Origin: Candidatus Bathyarchaeota archaeon
GTDB taxonomy: Archaea; Thermoproteota; Bathyarchaeia; 40CM-2-53-6
Reading direction: 5' to 3'
NCBI GenBank assembly: GCA_963753065.1
Contig: CAVWAQ010000001.1
Span: 195,736 to 259,735 of the forward strand
DNA: 64,000 bases
Shown: positions 19,200 through 29,500 of the stretch, piece by piece
Numbering within the stretch: position 1 is the stretch's first letter
Layout of the letters: the number at the start of each line of letters is the position of its first letter
Notes under the pieces: generated by a model
Databases searched by the model: none
Seen by the model: only the letters and a program-made list of their open reading frames with translations
What the model was told of the DNA's origin: nothing
Made by a program: the position numbers and the translations under genes

Positions 19200-20282
19200 T
19201 TGTCTATACTCGACCTCAATGTTGGACCCCAACATCCTGGCTCCGGCCACATGAGGATCAAGCTCAAGACCGATGGGGACATCATAGTCGAGGCAACTCC
19301 GGATATCGGTTACGTTCATAGAGGATGCGAGAAGATCGCGGAGTCCCGCAATATAATCAAGAACATCCCGATGCTGGAACGACCTAACATTGCAGATTCT
19401 TCACACCTCAACTGGTCCTACATCGCGCCTATTGAGGAACTCCAGAGAGTCGAGGTTCCTGAACGGGGCCTGCACATACGGACAATGCTTTGTGAGATCA
19501 ACAGGATAGCAAGCCATCTCTATGGAATGGCAATCATGGGCGGAATCTTCTCGGGCCACACTACGATGTACATGTTCGGTTTCGGGGACCGGGAACTGCT
19601 TCTCGACTTGCACGAGATGCTCACGGGAGCGAGGATGACTTTCTCGTTCTTCGTGCCGGGAGGGGTGAGGCGGGATCTTCCAAGGGGCTTCGTAAGGAAA
19701 CTTGCCCAGACACTGGACTATATTGAACGACATCTCGGTGCGATCGACCGTGTATTTGTGAGTAATCCGCTCTTTCTGGAACGCGCAAGAGGCGTCGGCG
19801 TCTTAAGCAAAGATGATGCGATCAAGCTTGGTGTTGTCGGCCCCGTTCTTAGAGCGTCAGGCGTGGCTTGCGATGTAAGGAGAGACGCCCCTTATGGTGT
19901 CTATGATCGAGTGGACTTTGAGATTCCCTCGTTCAAAGAGGGCGATAGCTTATCGCGGTGGCTTGTGAGATTCGAAGAAATGAAGCAGAGCATCTCGATC
20001 CTTAGACAACTGATGCGAGACATCCCGAAAGGACCTATTGCAAGAAAAAGCCCTCTAGTTGTTCCGAGAGGAGAAGCTATCGGCAGAGTCGAATCTTCGC
20101 GCGGAGAGATAAACCACTACGTCGTCGGCGACGGGGGCGACAAGCCATTCAGAGTCAAGATGAGCACGGGCTCATTCAAGAACCTCGCAGCATTGCCGTT
20201 CCTTCTGAAAGGAGTTCGCATAGGTGATATGCCGATAATCTACGGGAGCCTAGACTATTGGCCTGTGGAAGCGGACAGGTAA
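19200..20282 (+). CDS. nuoD: NADH-quinone oxidoreductase subunit D-like (no NiFe ligands)
   Basis: NVGPQHPGSGHMRI and GYVHRGCEKIAE match NuoD. The C-terminus SLDYWPVEADR lacks DPCxxC. Confidence 0.9.
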   Translation: MSILDLNVGPQHPGSGHMRIKLKTDGDIIVEATPDIGYVHRGCEKIAESRNIIKNIPMLERPNIADSSHLNWSYIAPIEELQRVEVPERGLHIRTMLCEINRIASHLYGMAIMGGIFSGHTTMYMFGFGDRELLLDLHEMLTGARMTFSFFVPGGVRRDLPRGFVRKLAQTLDYIERHLGAIDRVFVSNPLFLERARGVGVLSKDDAIKLGVVGPVLRASGVACDVRRDAPYGVYDRVDFEIPSFKEGDSLSRWLVRFEEMKQSISILRQLMRDIPKGPIARKSPLVVPRGEAIGRVESSRGEINHYVVGDGGDKPFRVKMSTGSFKNLAALPFLLKGVRIGDMPIIYGSLDYWPVEADR

Positions 20283-20285
20283 GAG

Positions 20286-20759
20286 ATGACGCCAGTGTCA
20301 GCAGCTGAGGCCTTCTGGGAAGGCGTGAAACACATCTTCAAGAGAACGTTCACGCTGAAGCATCCTTACCAGAGGCATGAAATCCCGGACGGGTACAGGG
20401 GAAGACACCTGCTATACATGGATCGATGCACGGGATGTGGAATCTGCGCGTGGATCTGCCCCGAGAAATGCATCACGATGGTCCCCGTGGCGCAGGAGAA
20501 GACGTATCCGCAAAACCCTCAGAATAGATTCCCCCAGTACTGGTACATCCGCTGCTGCTTCTGCCACTTCTGCACGGACTACTGTCCAACTGGAGCTCTG
20601 GACTACACGAAGGACTATGATCTGGCTGAGTATGAAAAGGAGTTGATAATCTGGAGCCCCGAGAGGTTATCAAAGGTTCCTGCTGCATACGAGGAATACC
20701 GCACGAAGTTTCACGGCTGGACTGGTGTCGATCATGTGCCCTTGAGCAATGAGTCGTGA
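20286..20759 (+). CDS. nuoI: NADH-quinone oxidoreductase subunit I-like (2x[4Fe-4S] ferredoxin)
   Basis: CTGCGICAWICP and CCFCHFCTDYCP cluster motifs. Confidence 0.8.
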   Translation: MTPVSAAEAFWEGVKHIFKRTFTLKHPYQRHEIPDGYRGRHLLYMDRCTGCGICAWICPEKCITMVPVAQEKTYPQNPQNRFPQYWYIRCCFCHFCTDYCPTGALDYTKDYDLAEYEKELIIWSPERLSKVPAAYEEYRTKFHGWTGVDHVPLSNES

Positions 20760-21025
20760 AATGCTGAATGAGTGAGAGACAAGATGCCATCGCTCGGAAG
20801 ATGGATCGGCGGAAGAAGTCTCGGAGGCGAACTCGCGGGCCCTATCGAAAGTCATCGAGCGCCGGAATGAGTGCCATCGAGTCATGACGTTGACCTGTTG
20901 AAGCGGATAGGTTTGGTGAGGAGGATCTGGGAGGCCTGTGAGCCGATGGCGAAACGTAGAAGTATGACGTATGTTATGATAACCGGCAGGTCAACGTGCG
21001 CCTCCGCTGAGCAGAGGGGAACAGA

Positions 21026-22255
21026 ATGACACTGAATGTGACCAAGATACGAGCAGATTTCCCAATTCTAAAGAGGAAGATAGGAGGCAAACCGCTCCTC
21101 TATTTGGACAACGCTGCAACTTCGCAGAAGCCCAAGGCAGTTATCGACGCAATAGACCGATACTATCACGAATACAATGCAAACGTTCACCGTGGGATCC
21201 ACCGACTGAGCGAAGAAGCGACGGTCGCCTTCGAGCAGTCGAGAGAGGAATTCGCCCGCTTCATTGGCGCAAAGGCCGCCAAAGAAATCATCTTCGTACG
21301 AAATGCAACCGAGGCTCTGAACCTAGTGGCACTTACTTGGGCAAGAGCGAACCTCAAATCAGGAGATCGCATTCTCCTCACTGAAATGGAGCATCACAGC
21401 AACATCGTCCCGTGGCAGATGTTGGCCAAAGAGAAAGGTCTCAGGATCGACTACGTTGAGATCCGCGACGACGGAATACTCAACTTGGAGAACTTCGAAC
21501 AACTAATCAAGGAAAGCCCCAAAGTCCTCAGCCTCGCTCACGTTTCAAATGCGTTGGGCACAATTAACCCCGTCAGGCAGATGGCACGGGAAGCTCACAA
21601 AGTAGGCGCTACCGTCATAGTCGACGCAGCACAATCGGTTCCACACATGCCGGTCGACGTTGCTGATCTCGAATGCGATTTCTTGGCCGTATCAGGTCAC
21701 AAGATGCTTGCCCCTACAGGAATAGGAATGCTCTACGGGAGACAAGATCTTCTCGACCACATGGAACCGCTAATGGGCGGCGGAGAAATGATAAAAGAAG
21801 TTCATCTCCAAGACGCCCGATGGAATGACCTCCCATGGAAATTCGAAGCTGGAACTCCCAACATCGAAGGCGTCATAGGACTAGGAGCTGCAGTCAATTA
21901 CCTCACGAAACTGGGAATGCAGAACGTGAGGGAACATGAGAAAGATATCACAAGATACGCAATCGAGCGACTGGCAGGCGTGAAAGGTCTGGTCCTGTAT
22001 GGCACAAGGGAAATCGAGAAACGCGGAGCAGTAATCTCATTCAACCTTGGCGATATCCACGCGCACGACTTAGCCACAGTACTCGACACTCAGGGCATAG
22101 CGATAAGATCCGGACAGCACTGCGCCCAGCCACTGATGGAACGACTGAAAGTACCAGCCACATCTAGGGCTAGCTTCTACATCTACAACACGAGACGGGA
22201 AGTTGACATTCTCGTCAGCGCTCTCGAAAAGGCTCGGAAGATGTTCAAGATATGA
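21026..22255 (+). CDS. sufS: cysteine desulfurase SufS (class V aminotransferase)
   Basis: LDNAATSQKP, SGHKMLAPTGIG (PLP Lys) and RSGQHCAQPL (catalytic Cys loop). Confidence 0.9.
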   Translation: MTLNVTKIRADFPILKRKIGGKPLLYLDNAATSQKPKAVIDAIDRYYHEYNANVHRGIHRLSEEATVAFEQSREEFARFIGAKAAKEIIFVRNATEALNLVALTWARANLKSGDRILLTEMEHHSNIVPWQMLAKEKGLRIDYVEIRDDGILNLENFEQLIKESPKVLSLAHVSNALGTINPVRQMAREAHKVGATVIVDAAQSVPHMPVDVADLECDFLAVSGHKMLAPTGIGMLYGRQDLLDHMEPLMGGGEMIKEVHLQDARWNDLPWKFEAGTPNIEGVIGLGAAVNYLTKLGMQNVREHEKDITRYAIERLAGVKGLVLYGTREIEKRGAVISFNLGDIHAHDLATVLDTQGIAIRSGQHCAQPLMERLKVPATSRASFYIYNTRREVDILVSALEKARKMFKI

Positions 22256-22656
22256 CCACAGACATCTACAAGGAGACGATTCTGGACCACTACAGACATC
22301 CCAGAAACTACGGAGACTTGCCAAACGCAAACGCGCACGCCAAGGACGCCAACAATCTGTGCGGCGACGTAATCGAGATGCAAGTCAGAGTCAACGCTGG
22401 CATAATTGAGGATGTCCGCTTTAGGGGAGAAGGATGTGCCATAAGCATGGCAACAGCCTCAATGCTCACGGAATTCTCCAAGAGGAAGCGAGTCTCAGAA
22501 GTCAAGAAACTCGGGAAAGATGACCTCATCAGACTTCTCGGAGCAGACCCCGGACCAGCTCGAATCGAATGCGCACTCCTCGCACTGAGCGTCCTGAAGG
22601 CAGCAGTGAATGCACAGCAAAATACCAAGTTTCCCGAAGAAAAAGAGCAGGAATAG
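22252..22656 (+). CDS. sufU: SufU / IscU-like Fe-S scaffold protein
   Basis: ILDHYRHPRNYG, NLCGDVIEM and GEGCAISMATASM. It overlaps the sufS stop. Confidence 0.85.
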   Translation: MTTDIYKETILDHYRHPRNYGDLPNANAHAKDANNLCGDVIEMQVRVNAGIIEDVRFRGEGCAISMATASMLTEFSKRKRVSEVKKLGKDDLIRLLGADPGPARIECALLALSVLKAAVNAQQNTKFPEEKEQE

Positions 22657-22854
22657 TGAACCGTGGTCCACAGCGTCCGGCACCTGCCCTAGGTTCAGTG
22701 AATTCGGAGAAGGCTTCGGTGAGCCTTTCTCATGGTTCAGGGGCCTCAATCGTGATGTTGCATTGGAAATTCACGACAAAATCGCATAACGCTTATTAGC
22801 GCGTCGTCTTTGGTAAGGGGGAGTTTCGTTAGGGTTCCTAATTTTCGGGGCCTA

Positions 22855-23178
22855 ATGAGCGTTTGGATATCGGAGAGAGAGGATCGCTTGAAGGATGAGG
22901 AGAATAAGAAGGCCATAGACGTTTTCAAACATCAGCTTGTGCCGAAGCATGAGGTTGTGCCAAGGCGCGAGGCCGAGGAGTTGCTGGAGCGTCTGCATAT
23001 CAAGCCACATCAACTGCCTTACTTGAGGGCTGATGACCCAGTTGCCAAACAGATAGGTGCAAAACCATGGGACGTGGTAAGGGTCACTCGTCAAAGTCCC
23101 ACTGCCGGAGAAGTCGTAGTCTACAGGTACGTTATCGAGAGTTCAGCAGGAGGAGGCAAGGCTGATCAGTCAAGTTGA
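22855..23178 (+). CDS. rpoH: DNA-directed RNA polymerase subunit H (Rpo5)
   Basis: [10 protein letters not shown]...[38 protein letters not shown]. The start was taken at ATG 22855. Confidence 0.85.
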   Translation: MSVWISEREDRLKDEENKKAIDVFKHQLVPKHEVVPRREAEELLERLHIKPHQLPYLRADDPVAKQIGAKPWDVVRVTRQSPTAGEVVVYRYVIESSAGGGKADQSS

Positions 23179-23185
23179 ACCCCAG

Positions 23186-26100
23186 ATGTGGGGACTGATT
23201 AAGGAGTTCTTCCGCGAAAAGGGTCTTGTCAGACAGCACATCGACTCGTACAATGAATACATTGAGTCCGGATTGCAGTCGATCATCGACGAAGTTGGCT
23301 CGATCCCAATAGAGATCGAAGAGTACCCGTTGAAGATCAAGCTCGGGAAGATTGAGATCGGAACGCCGAGGGTAACCGAGGTCGACGGGTCCGAAAGACC
23401 CATCTACCCTACGGAAGCACGTGTGCGCAACCTCACATACGCTGCGCCACTGCATCTTGAGATGACGCCGGTAATCGGCGAGCGGGAAGGTCAGACAGAG
23501 ATTGTCTACATCGGTGATTTCCCTGTCATGCTCCGCTCGAAGATATGCCCCCTCTCGAGGCTGACTCCTGATGAGATGATCAGCATCGGAGAGGATCCTA
23601 TCGATCCAGGCGGATACTTCATCGTCAACGGCGCGGAACGCGTTGTAGTCGCACTTGAGGATCTTGCGGCGAACAAGATACTTGTGGACATGGAGAAGAC
23701 CGGAGTTAACCCAGTCTACAAGGCGAAGATCTTCTCGACGACCTTGGGCTTCCGGGCACGTACCGAAGTCACACTGAAGGGGGACGGGGCGGCCTACGTC
23801 ATGGTTCCAGGAGTGCCTGCAGAGATCCCGTTAGTTGTTCTGATGAAGGCCCTTGGGGTTCAGGAAGACCTGAAGATTGCACAGCTGATTTCTGATGATG
23901 AGATTATCCAGAACCAGTTGGAAGGTTCATTCGAAAAATCCCCAGGCATCCTGTCCGTGAGAGATGCACTCCTCTACGTTGGAAACCGTCTGGCGCCTGG
24001 ACAGGTGGAAGATTACCGTGCGAAGAAGGCTGAAACGGTTATTGACCGGAACTTTCTCCCCCACATTGGACGGACACCTGCCGAAAGGAAAGAGAAGGCG
24101 TATTTCCTAGCAGAGATCACCACAAGGATCATCGAGCTGAAACTGGGCAGACGTGCCCCAGACGACAAGGACCACTACTCGAACAAGCGACTCAAACTAG
24201 CCGGTGCCTTGATGGCGGATCTCTTCAGAATCTCGTTCCGAAATCTCATCCGCGACTTGAAGTACCAACTGGAACGTATCACGATCAGAAGACATCAGGA
24301 ACTCTCGATCACCAACGCGATTCGACCAGGCATAATTACTGAGCGGATCCAACACGCCGTCTCTACTGGCAATTGGGTCCGAGGAAGGGTTGGGGTTACA
24401 CAGCTTCTCGATCGAACAAACTACTCCTCCACATTGAGTCATTTGCGGCGACTTCAGTCCCCGTTGAGCAGAAGCCAGCCCAACTTGGAGGCACGAGACC
24501 TGCACGCGACACACTGGGGGAGACTTTGTCCTAACGAGACCCCTGAGGGATCAAACTGTGGTCTCGTGAAGAACTTGGCGTTGTCTTCCACCCTGTCGAT
24601 CGGGGTCGATTCGAGGGAGTTCGTACTTAGACTACGGAGAATGGGAGTCAATCCGATCGAAGAAATGGAAGGCAAGGCTGCAGCTTCCGGCGCCAAGGTC
24701 ATAGTTGACGGTCTAGTCGCAGGTGTCGCAAATGCGCCAAAAGAACTCGTGCAAGAGCTCATACGTATGCGTCGTGCCGGCGAAATCAGCTCCGAAGTAA
24801 ACGCCGTATTCTTCTCTCCAGAAAGAGAGAGCGCTCGAGGATATGTCTACGTCAATTGCGACGGGGGAAGGGTCCGAAGGCCCCTCATCATAGTCGAAGA
24901 CGGTGTTCCCAAACTAACCCGTGAGCATGTCGAAGCCATTCACAGAGGAGAAATGCGATGGGAGGAACTCGTCGAGAAAGGAATCATCGAATACATAGAC
25001 TCGGATGAGGAGGAAAGTGCTCTTGTGGCGCTCGACCTCTCAAAGATCTCCAAAGACACTACACATCTTGAGCTTGCATCCTACACGATGCTGGGCATAT
25101 GTGCCTCAGTCATTCCATATTCTGAGCATAACCAGTCGCCTAGGAACGCCTACGAGTCAGCGATGGCGAAACAGGCGCTGGGAGTTTCCTGCACCAATTT
25201 CTCTAACCGAGTGGATTCGCGGTCGCATCTTCTGCACTATCCACAAATGCCTCTTGTCAGAACGAAACCAATGGAAATCATCAACTACGATGACAGGCCC
25301 GCGGGTCAGAACTGCGTGCTGGCGGTGCTTTCGTTCCAAGGATACAACATGGAAGATGCCATTGTCTTCAACCGTTCATCGGTGGACAGAGGATTCGGGC
25401 GCTCCACCTTCTTCCGGATCTACGAGGGCGAATGTAGACAATACCTCGGAGGGCTCCGCGACAAATTCGAGATTCCTGAGCCAGGGACCAGAGGATACAG
25501 AGGCGACAGATACTATCGCCTTCTTGAAGAAGACGGAATCATTTCGGCCGAGGCAGATGTGAGCGGCAACACAGTACTTGTAGGCAGAACGAGTCCGCCT
25601 AGGTTCTTGGAGGAGTATCGCGAGTTTGAAGTCAAGGGCCCCACGAAACGTGATTCATCGGTAGGAATGCGTCCTTCAGAGGTCGGCGTAGTCGACACCA
25701 TCTTCGTGACAGAATCGATTGAGGGCAGCAAGCTCGTCAAGGTGAAAGTCAGAGACACACGTGTTCCCGAACTTGGGGACAAGTTCGCGTCAAGGCACGG
25801 ACAGAAAGGAGTCATCGGGCTACTAGTTCCACAGCAAGACATGCCTTTCACGCAGGACGGCGTCGTTCCCGACGTCATCATAAACCCCCACGCCTTCCCG
25901 TCCCGCATGACGATCGGACAATTCGTCGAATCATTGGCTGGTAAGGTCGCATCGCTGAGAGGAGAACCAGTAGACGGAACCCCATTCAGTAACGAGCGTC
26001 CAGAGCAACTCCGCGACGCGTTGTTGAAGCTTGGATTCGCGCACAGCGGAAGCGAAGTATTCTACAACGGTATCGACGGAAAGAGGTTCATGGCCGACGT

Positions 26101-26512
26101 ATACGTGGGAGTCGTGTACTATCAGAAGCTTCACCACATGGTTGCGGACAAGATGCATGCACGGGCCCGCGGCCAAGTGCAGATGTTAACGCGTCAGCCC
26201 ACGGAAGGAAGAGCTCGCGGTGGAGGTCTAAGGTTCGGCGAGATGGAACGCGACTGCTTGATCGGGCACGGAGCCTCCGCGTTGCTGAGAGATCGGCTCT
26301 TGGAGGAATCTGACAAGTACACGGTCATGGTCTGTGAAGTATGCGGCCTATTGGCCTATCATGATATCAAGCAGAACAAGTACGTGTGCCGGATCTGCGG
26401 CGAAAAGGCAGTAATCTCCCCGGTAGCGCTGTCGTACGCGTTCAAGCTACTGCTCCAAGAACTGATGGCTCTCGGGATAGCTGCCAGACTCAACATTTCG
26501 GAGCGTGCATAA
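23186..26512 (+). CDS. rpoB: DNA-directed RNA polymerase subunit B (unsplit, 1108 aa)
   Basis: Full-length Rpo2 with GDKFASRHGQKGV, GEMERDCLIGHGA and a C-terminal zinc ribbon CEVCG...CRICG. Confidence 0.95.
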   Translation: MWGLIKEFFREKGLVRQHIDSYNEYIESGLQSIIDEVGSIPIEIEEYPLKIKLGKIEIGTPRVTEVDGSERPIYPTEARVRNLTYAAPLHLEMTPVIGEREGQTEIVYIGDFPVMLRSKICPLSRLTPDEMISIGEDPIDPGGYFIVNGAERVVVALEDLAANKILVDMEKTGVNPVYKAKIFSTTLGFRARTEVTLKGDGAAYVMVPGVPAEIPLVVLMKALGVQEDLKIAQLISDDEIIQNQLEGSFEKSPGILSVRDALLYVGNRLAPGQVEDYRAKKAETVIDRNFLPHIGRTPAERKEKAYFLAEITTRIIELKLGRRAPDDKDHYSNKRLKLAGALMADLFRISFRNLIRDLKYQLERITIRRHQELSITNAIRPGIITERIQHAVSTGNWVRGRVGVTQLLDRTNYSSTLSHLRRLQSPLSRSQPNLEARDLHATHWGRLCPNETPEGSNCGLVKNLALSSTLSIGVDSREFVLRLRRMGVNPIEEMEGKAAASGAKVIVDGLVAGVANAPKELVQELIRMRRAGEISSEVNAVFFSPERESARGYVYVNCDGGRVRRPLIIVEDGVPKLTREHVEAIHRGEMRWEELVEKGIIEYIDSDEEESALVALDLSKISKDTTHLELASYTMLGICASVIPYSEHNQSPRNAYESAMAKQALGVSCTNFSNRVDSRSHLLHYPQMPLVRTKPMEIINYDDRPAGQNCVLAVLSFQGYNMEDAIVFNRSSVDRGFGRSTFFRIYEGECRQYLGGLRDKFEIPEPGTRGYRGDRYYRLLEEDGIISAEADVSGNTVLVGRTSPPRFLEEYREFEVKGPTKRDSSVGMRPSEVGVVDTIFVTESIEGSKLVKVKVRDTRVPELGDKFASRHGQKGVIGLLVPQQDMPFTQDGVVPDVIINPHAFPSRMTIGQFVESLAGKVASLRGEPVDGTPFSNERPEQLRDALLKLGFAHSGSEVFYNGIDGKRFMADVYVGVVYYQKLHHMVADKMHARARGQVQMLTRQPTEGRARGGGLRFGEMERDCLIGHGASALLRDRLLEESDKYTVMVCEVCGLLAYHDIKQNKYVCRICGEKAVISPVALSYAFKLLLQELMALGIAARLNISERA

Positions 26513-26513
26513 G

Positions 26514-29500
26514 ATGGCGATGGTTGAAGAAGCAACCAAAATTATCGGCAGCATCAGATTCTCGCTTCTCTCCCCGAGCGAGATACGTCGGCTCTCAGCA
26601 GTTGACGTCCAGACAGCGGACACGTATGATGAAGACGGCGTTCCCATTGTCTCAGGCCTAATGGACGGAAGATTGGGAACACTTGAGCCCAGGCAGAAGT
26701 GCAAGACATGCGGAAACACCGCAGTGAGTTGTCCAGGCCATTCCGGACACATTGAACTCGCTGAGCCTGCCATTCATGTCGCCTTCGCGAAACTCATACA
26801 CAAGCTTCTATCCGTCACCTGCCGGAACTGCGGCAGGGTACTCATGTCAAACGAGAAGATCGAGAACTACAAGGCAAAAATAGCGGAGGAAAAGAAACGC
26901 CTCAACGAGGTGCCCACGGCTTTCTTTGACGCGATCATGAAGGAAGCAAAGAAAGTTCAAGAATGCCCACACTGCGGAACACGACAACACACGATAGAGC
27001 ATCAGAAGCCCACCACGTTCATAGACGAGACCGGAGCTAGGCTCACACCCAGCGCAATCAGAGAGATGCTTGAACGCATTCCTGATGACGATCTTCGCAT
27101 CGTCGGAATGGACCCGACAGCTGCGAGACCTGAATGGATGGTACTTCAAGTTCTGCCTGTCCCACCTGTGACGGTACGTCCATCCATTACACTCGAATCT
27201 GGTATACGATCAGAAGACGATCTGACGCACAAACTCGTTGACATAATCCGAATCAACCAGAAATTGCGTGAGGCGCTCGAATCCGGCGTTCCGGTTAACA
27301 TCATCCAAGAACTGCACGATCTACTACAGTATCATGTGACAACATACTTCGACAATGAAGTCTCCGGCCTCCCACCGGCCCGTCATCGCTCCGGAAGGGC
27401 ACTGAGAACAATCAGCCAACGTCTGAAAGGCAAGGAAGGTAGGTTCCGAGGCAACCTGTCAGGAAAGCGAGTGGACTTCTCAGCAAGGACTGTGATCTCT
27501 CCTGACCCTAACTTGGACATCAGCGAAGTTGGTGTGCCCGTTGACATTGCGGCGCGATTGACGATTCCTGAACGTGTTACGCAATGGAATATTGACGAGA
27601 TGCGGGGGCTCATCCGGAATGGTCCCGACCAGTATCCGGGTGCCCTCTACATTGTGCGCCCCGACCAGAGACGGGTAAGACTGGAGTTTGTGACGGAACG
27701 GGATAGTCTTGCAGATGCAATCGAGGCAGGGTTCGTTGTCGAACGGCACATCAGAGACGGAGACATTGTGCTCTTCAACAGGCAACCCTCGCTTCACAGA
27801 ATGTCAATCATGGCTCACACGGTCAGAGTCCTTCCATACAAAACGTTCAGACTGAATCCGTGTGTTTGCCCACCATACAACGCAGACTTCGACGGTGACG
27901 AAATGAACCTGCATGTCCCGCAAAGTGAGGAGGCACGAACTGAAGCGAGACTGCTAATGCAGGTTCAAGATCAGATACTTTCTCCTCGCTACGGAGGGCC
28001 GATCATAGGCGCCAAGACAGATCTTCTCAGCGCAGCATACCTTCTTACACGCAAGTCCACGACCCTCGCTAAGGATGAAGTTTGCAGACTCCTCACGGCT
28101 GCCGGATACACGGGCGAACTTCCCGAGCCAGCGACGAAGCGTCCAGTTGAACTCTGGACCGGGAAACAGATCTTCAGCCTCTTCATACCCAAAGGCTTCA
28201 ACTTCGCCACGAGATCCAGCATGGTGACAAAAGATGACAAGGAACATGTCACAATACGCAACGGCATACTTGAGGAAGGAGTCATTGACAAGAACTCGAT
28301 AGGCGCCGAACGCTCAGAGACTCTCTTTCACCGGATTGTGAAAGATAATGGGTCTGAAACAGGACGCGAGTTCCTCAATCACATTGCGAAGCTACTTGAC
28401 CGTTTCGTCCTGATGAAAGGTTTCTCATACTCAATCAGAGAGCTTGACATACCGTCCAGCGTTAGGGAAAGGATTGACAAAGTCATACGAAAAGCCGAGG
28501 AACGTGTCTATGCACTTATCGATAGCTACAACCAAGGAACCCTCGGACGGCTTCCAGGTCAATCGCTCGCTGAATCACTTGAGATCCGCATAATGGATGA
28601 ACTATCCAAAGCCCGTGACGTGGCTGGCGAGTACGCGGACGCCAACTTGGACGACAAGAACAGTGGCGTGATCATGACGAGAACTGGCGCGAGAGGCTCA
28701 TCGCTGAACATTGCACAAATGATAGCGTCCGTAGGACAGCAATCGATTAGAGGCCAAAGAATTCGCAGGGGATACAGAGACCGAGTACTATCTTTCTTCA
28801 GGCCTGGAGACGCAGGCCCTGAAGCAAGAGGGTTCGTCTACGCCTCATATAGGGATGGTCTGAATCCGATCGAGTTCTTCTTCCATGCGATGGGTGGACG
28901 TGAAGGACTGGTGGACACGGCAGTCAGAACACAACAGAGTGGATACATGCAGAGAAGACTGATCAATGCGCTCGAACATCTCAGAGTAGAGTACGACTCA
29001 ACTGTACGGGACTCTCGCGGAGACATTATCCAGTTCAGATATGGCGAAGATGGTGTTGACACGGCAAAGAGCGACCACGGCAAGGCGGTGAACTCTGAAC
29101 GCCTAATCGAACGGGTAAGGCTTACCGCAGAGAAGGGTGCGAAGGCGACCAACAAATACGTTGACACCAAGATCCGAGAAGTGCTGGATCGTCTTTGCCC
29201 TCTCTTGGCGGATGAGTTGAAGCGGAACTTGCTGAAGGCCAAGATGTCACGGCGAGGTGTTGATGAAGTTGTTCGCCAATCGGTCGAGAACTACGGCAGG
29301 TCACTGATTGAGCCAGGTGAGGCTGCTGGGATCGTTTCAGCTCAATCCATCGGCGAACCTGGGACGCAGATGACGCTGAGGACCTTTCACTTTGCCGGCG
29401 TTAGAGAGCAGAACGTCACACTGGGGCTTCCAAGGCTGATTGAGATCGTTGACGCGAGAAAGATCCCATCCACGCCGACAATGACGGTATTCTTGGACGA

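Noticed and set aside
19200-20282. NuoD-like protein as the large subunit of a group 4 [NiFe] hydrogenase (Ech/Mbh-like four-gene module).
   Set aside because: The N-terminal RxCGxC and C-terminal DPCxxC nickel-ligand motifs are absent (the sequence reads VHRGCEKIAE and ...DYWPVEADR). No hyp maturation genes or membrane subunits are nearby.
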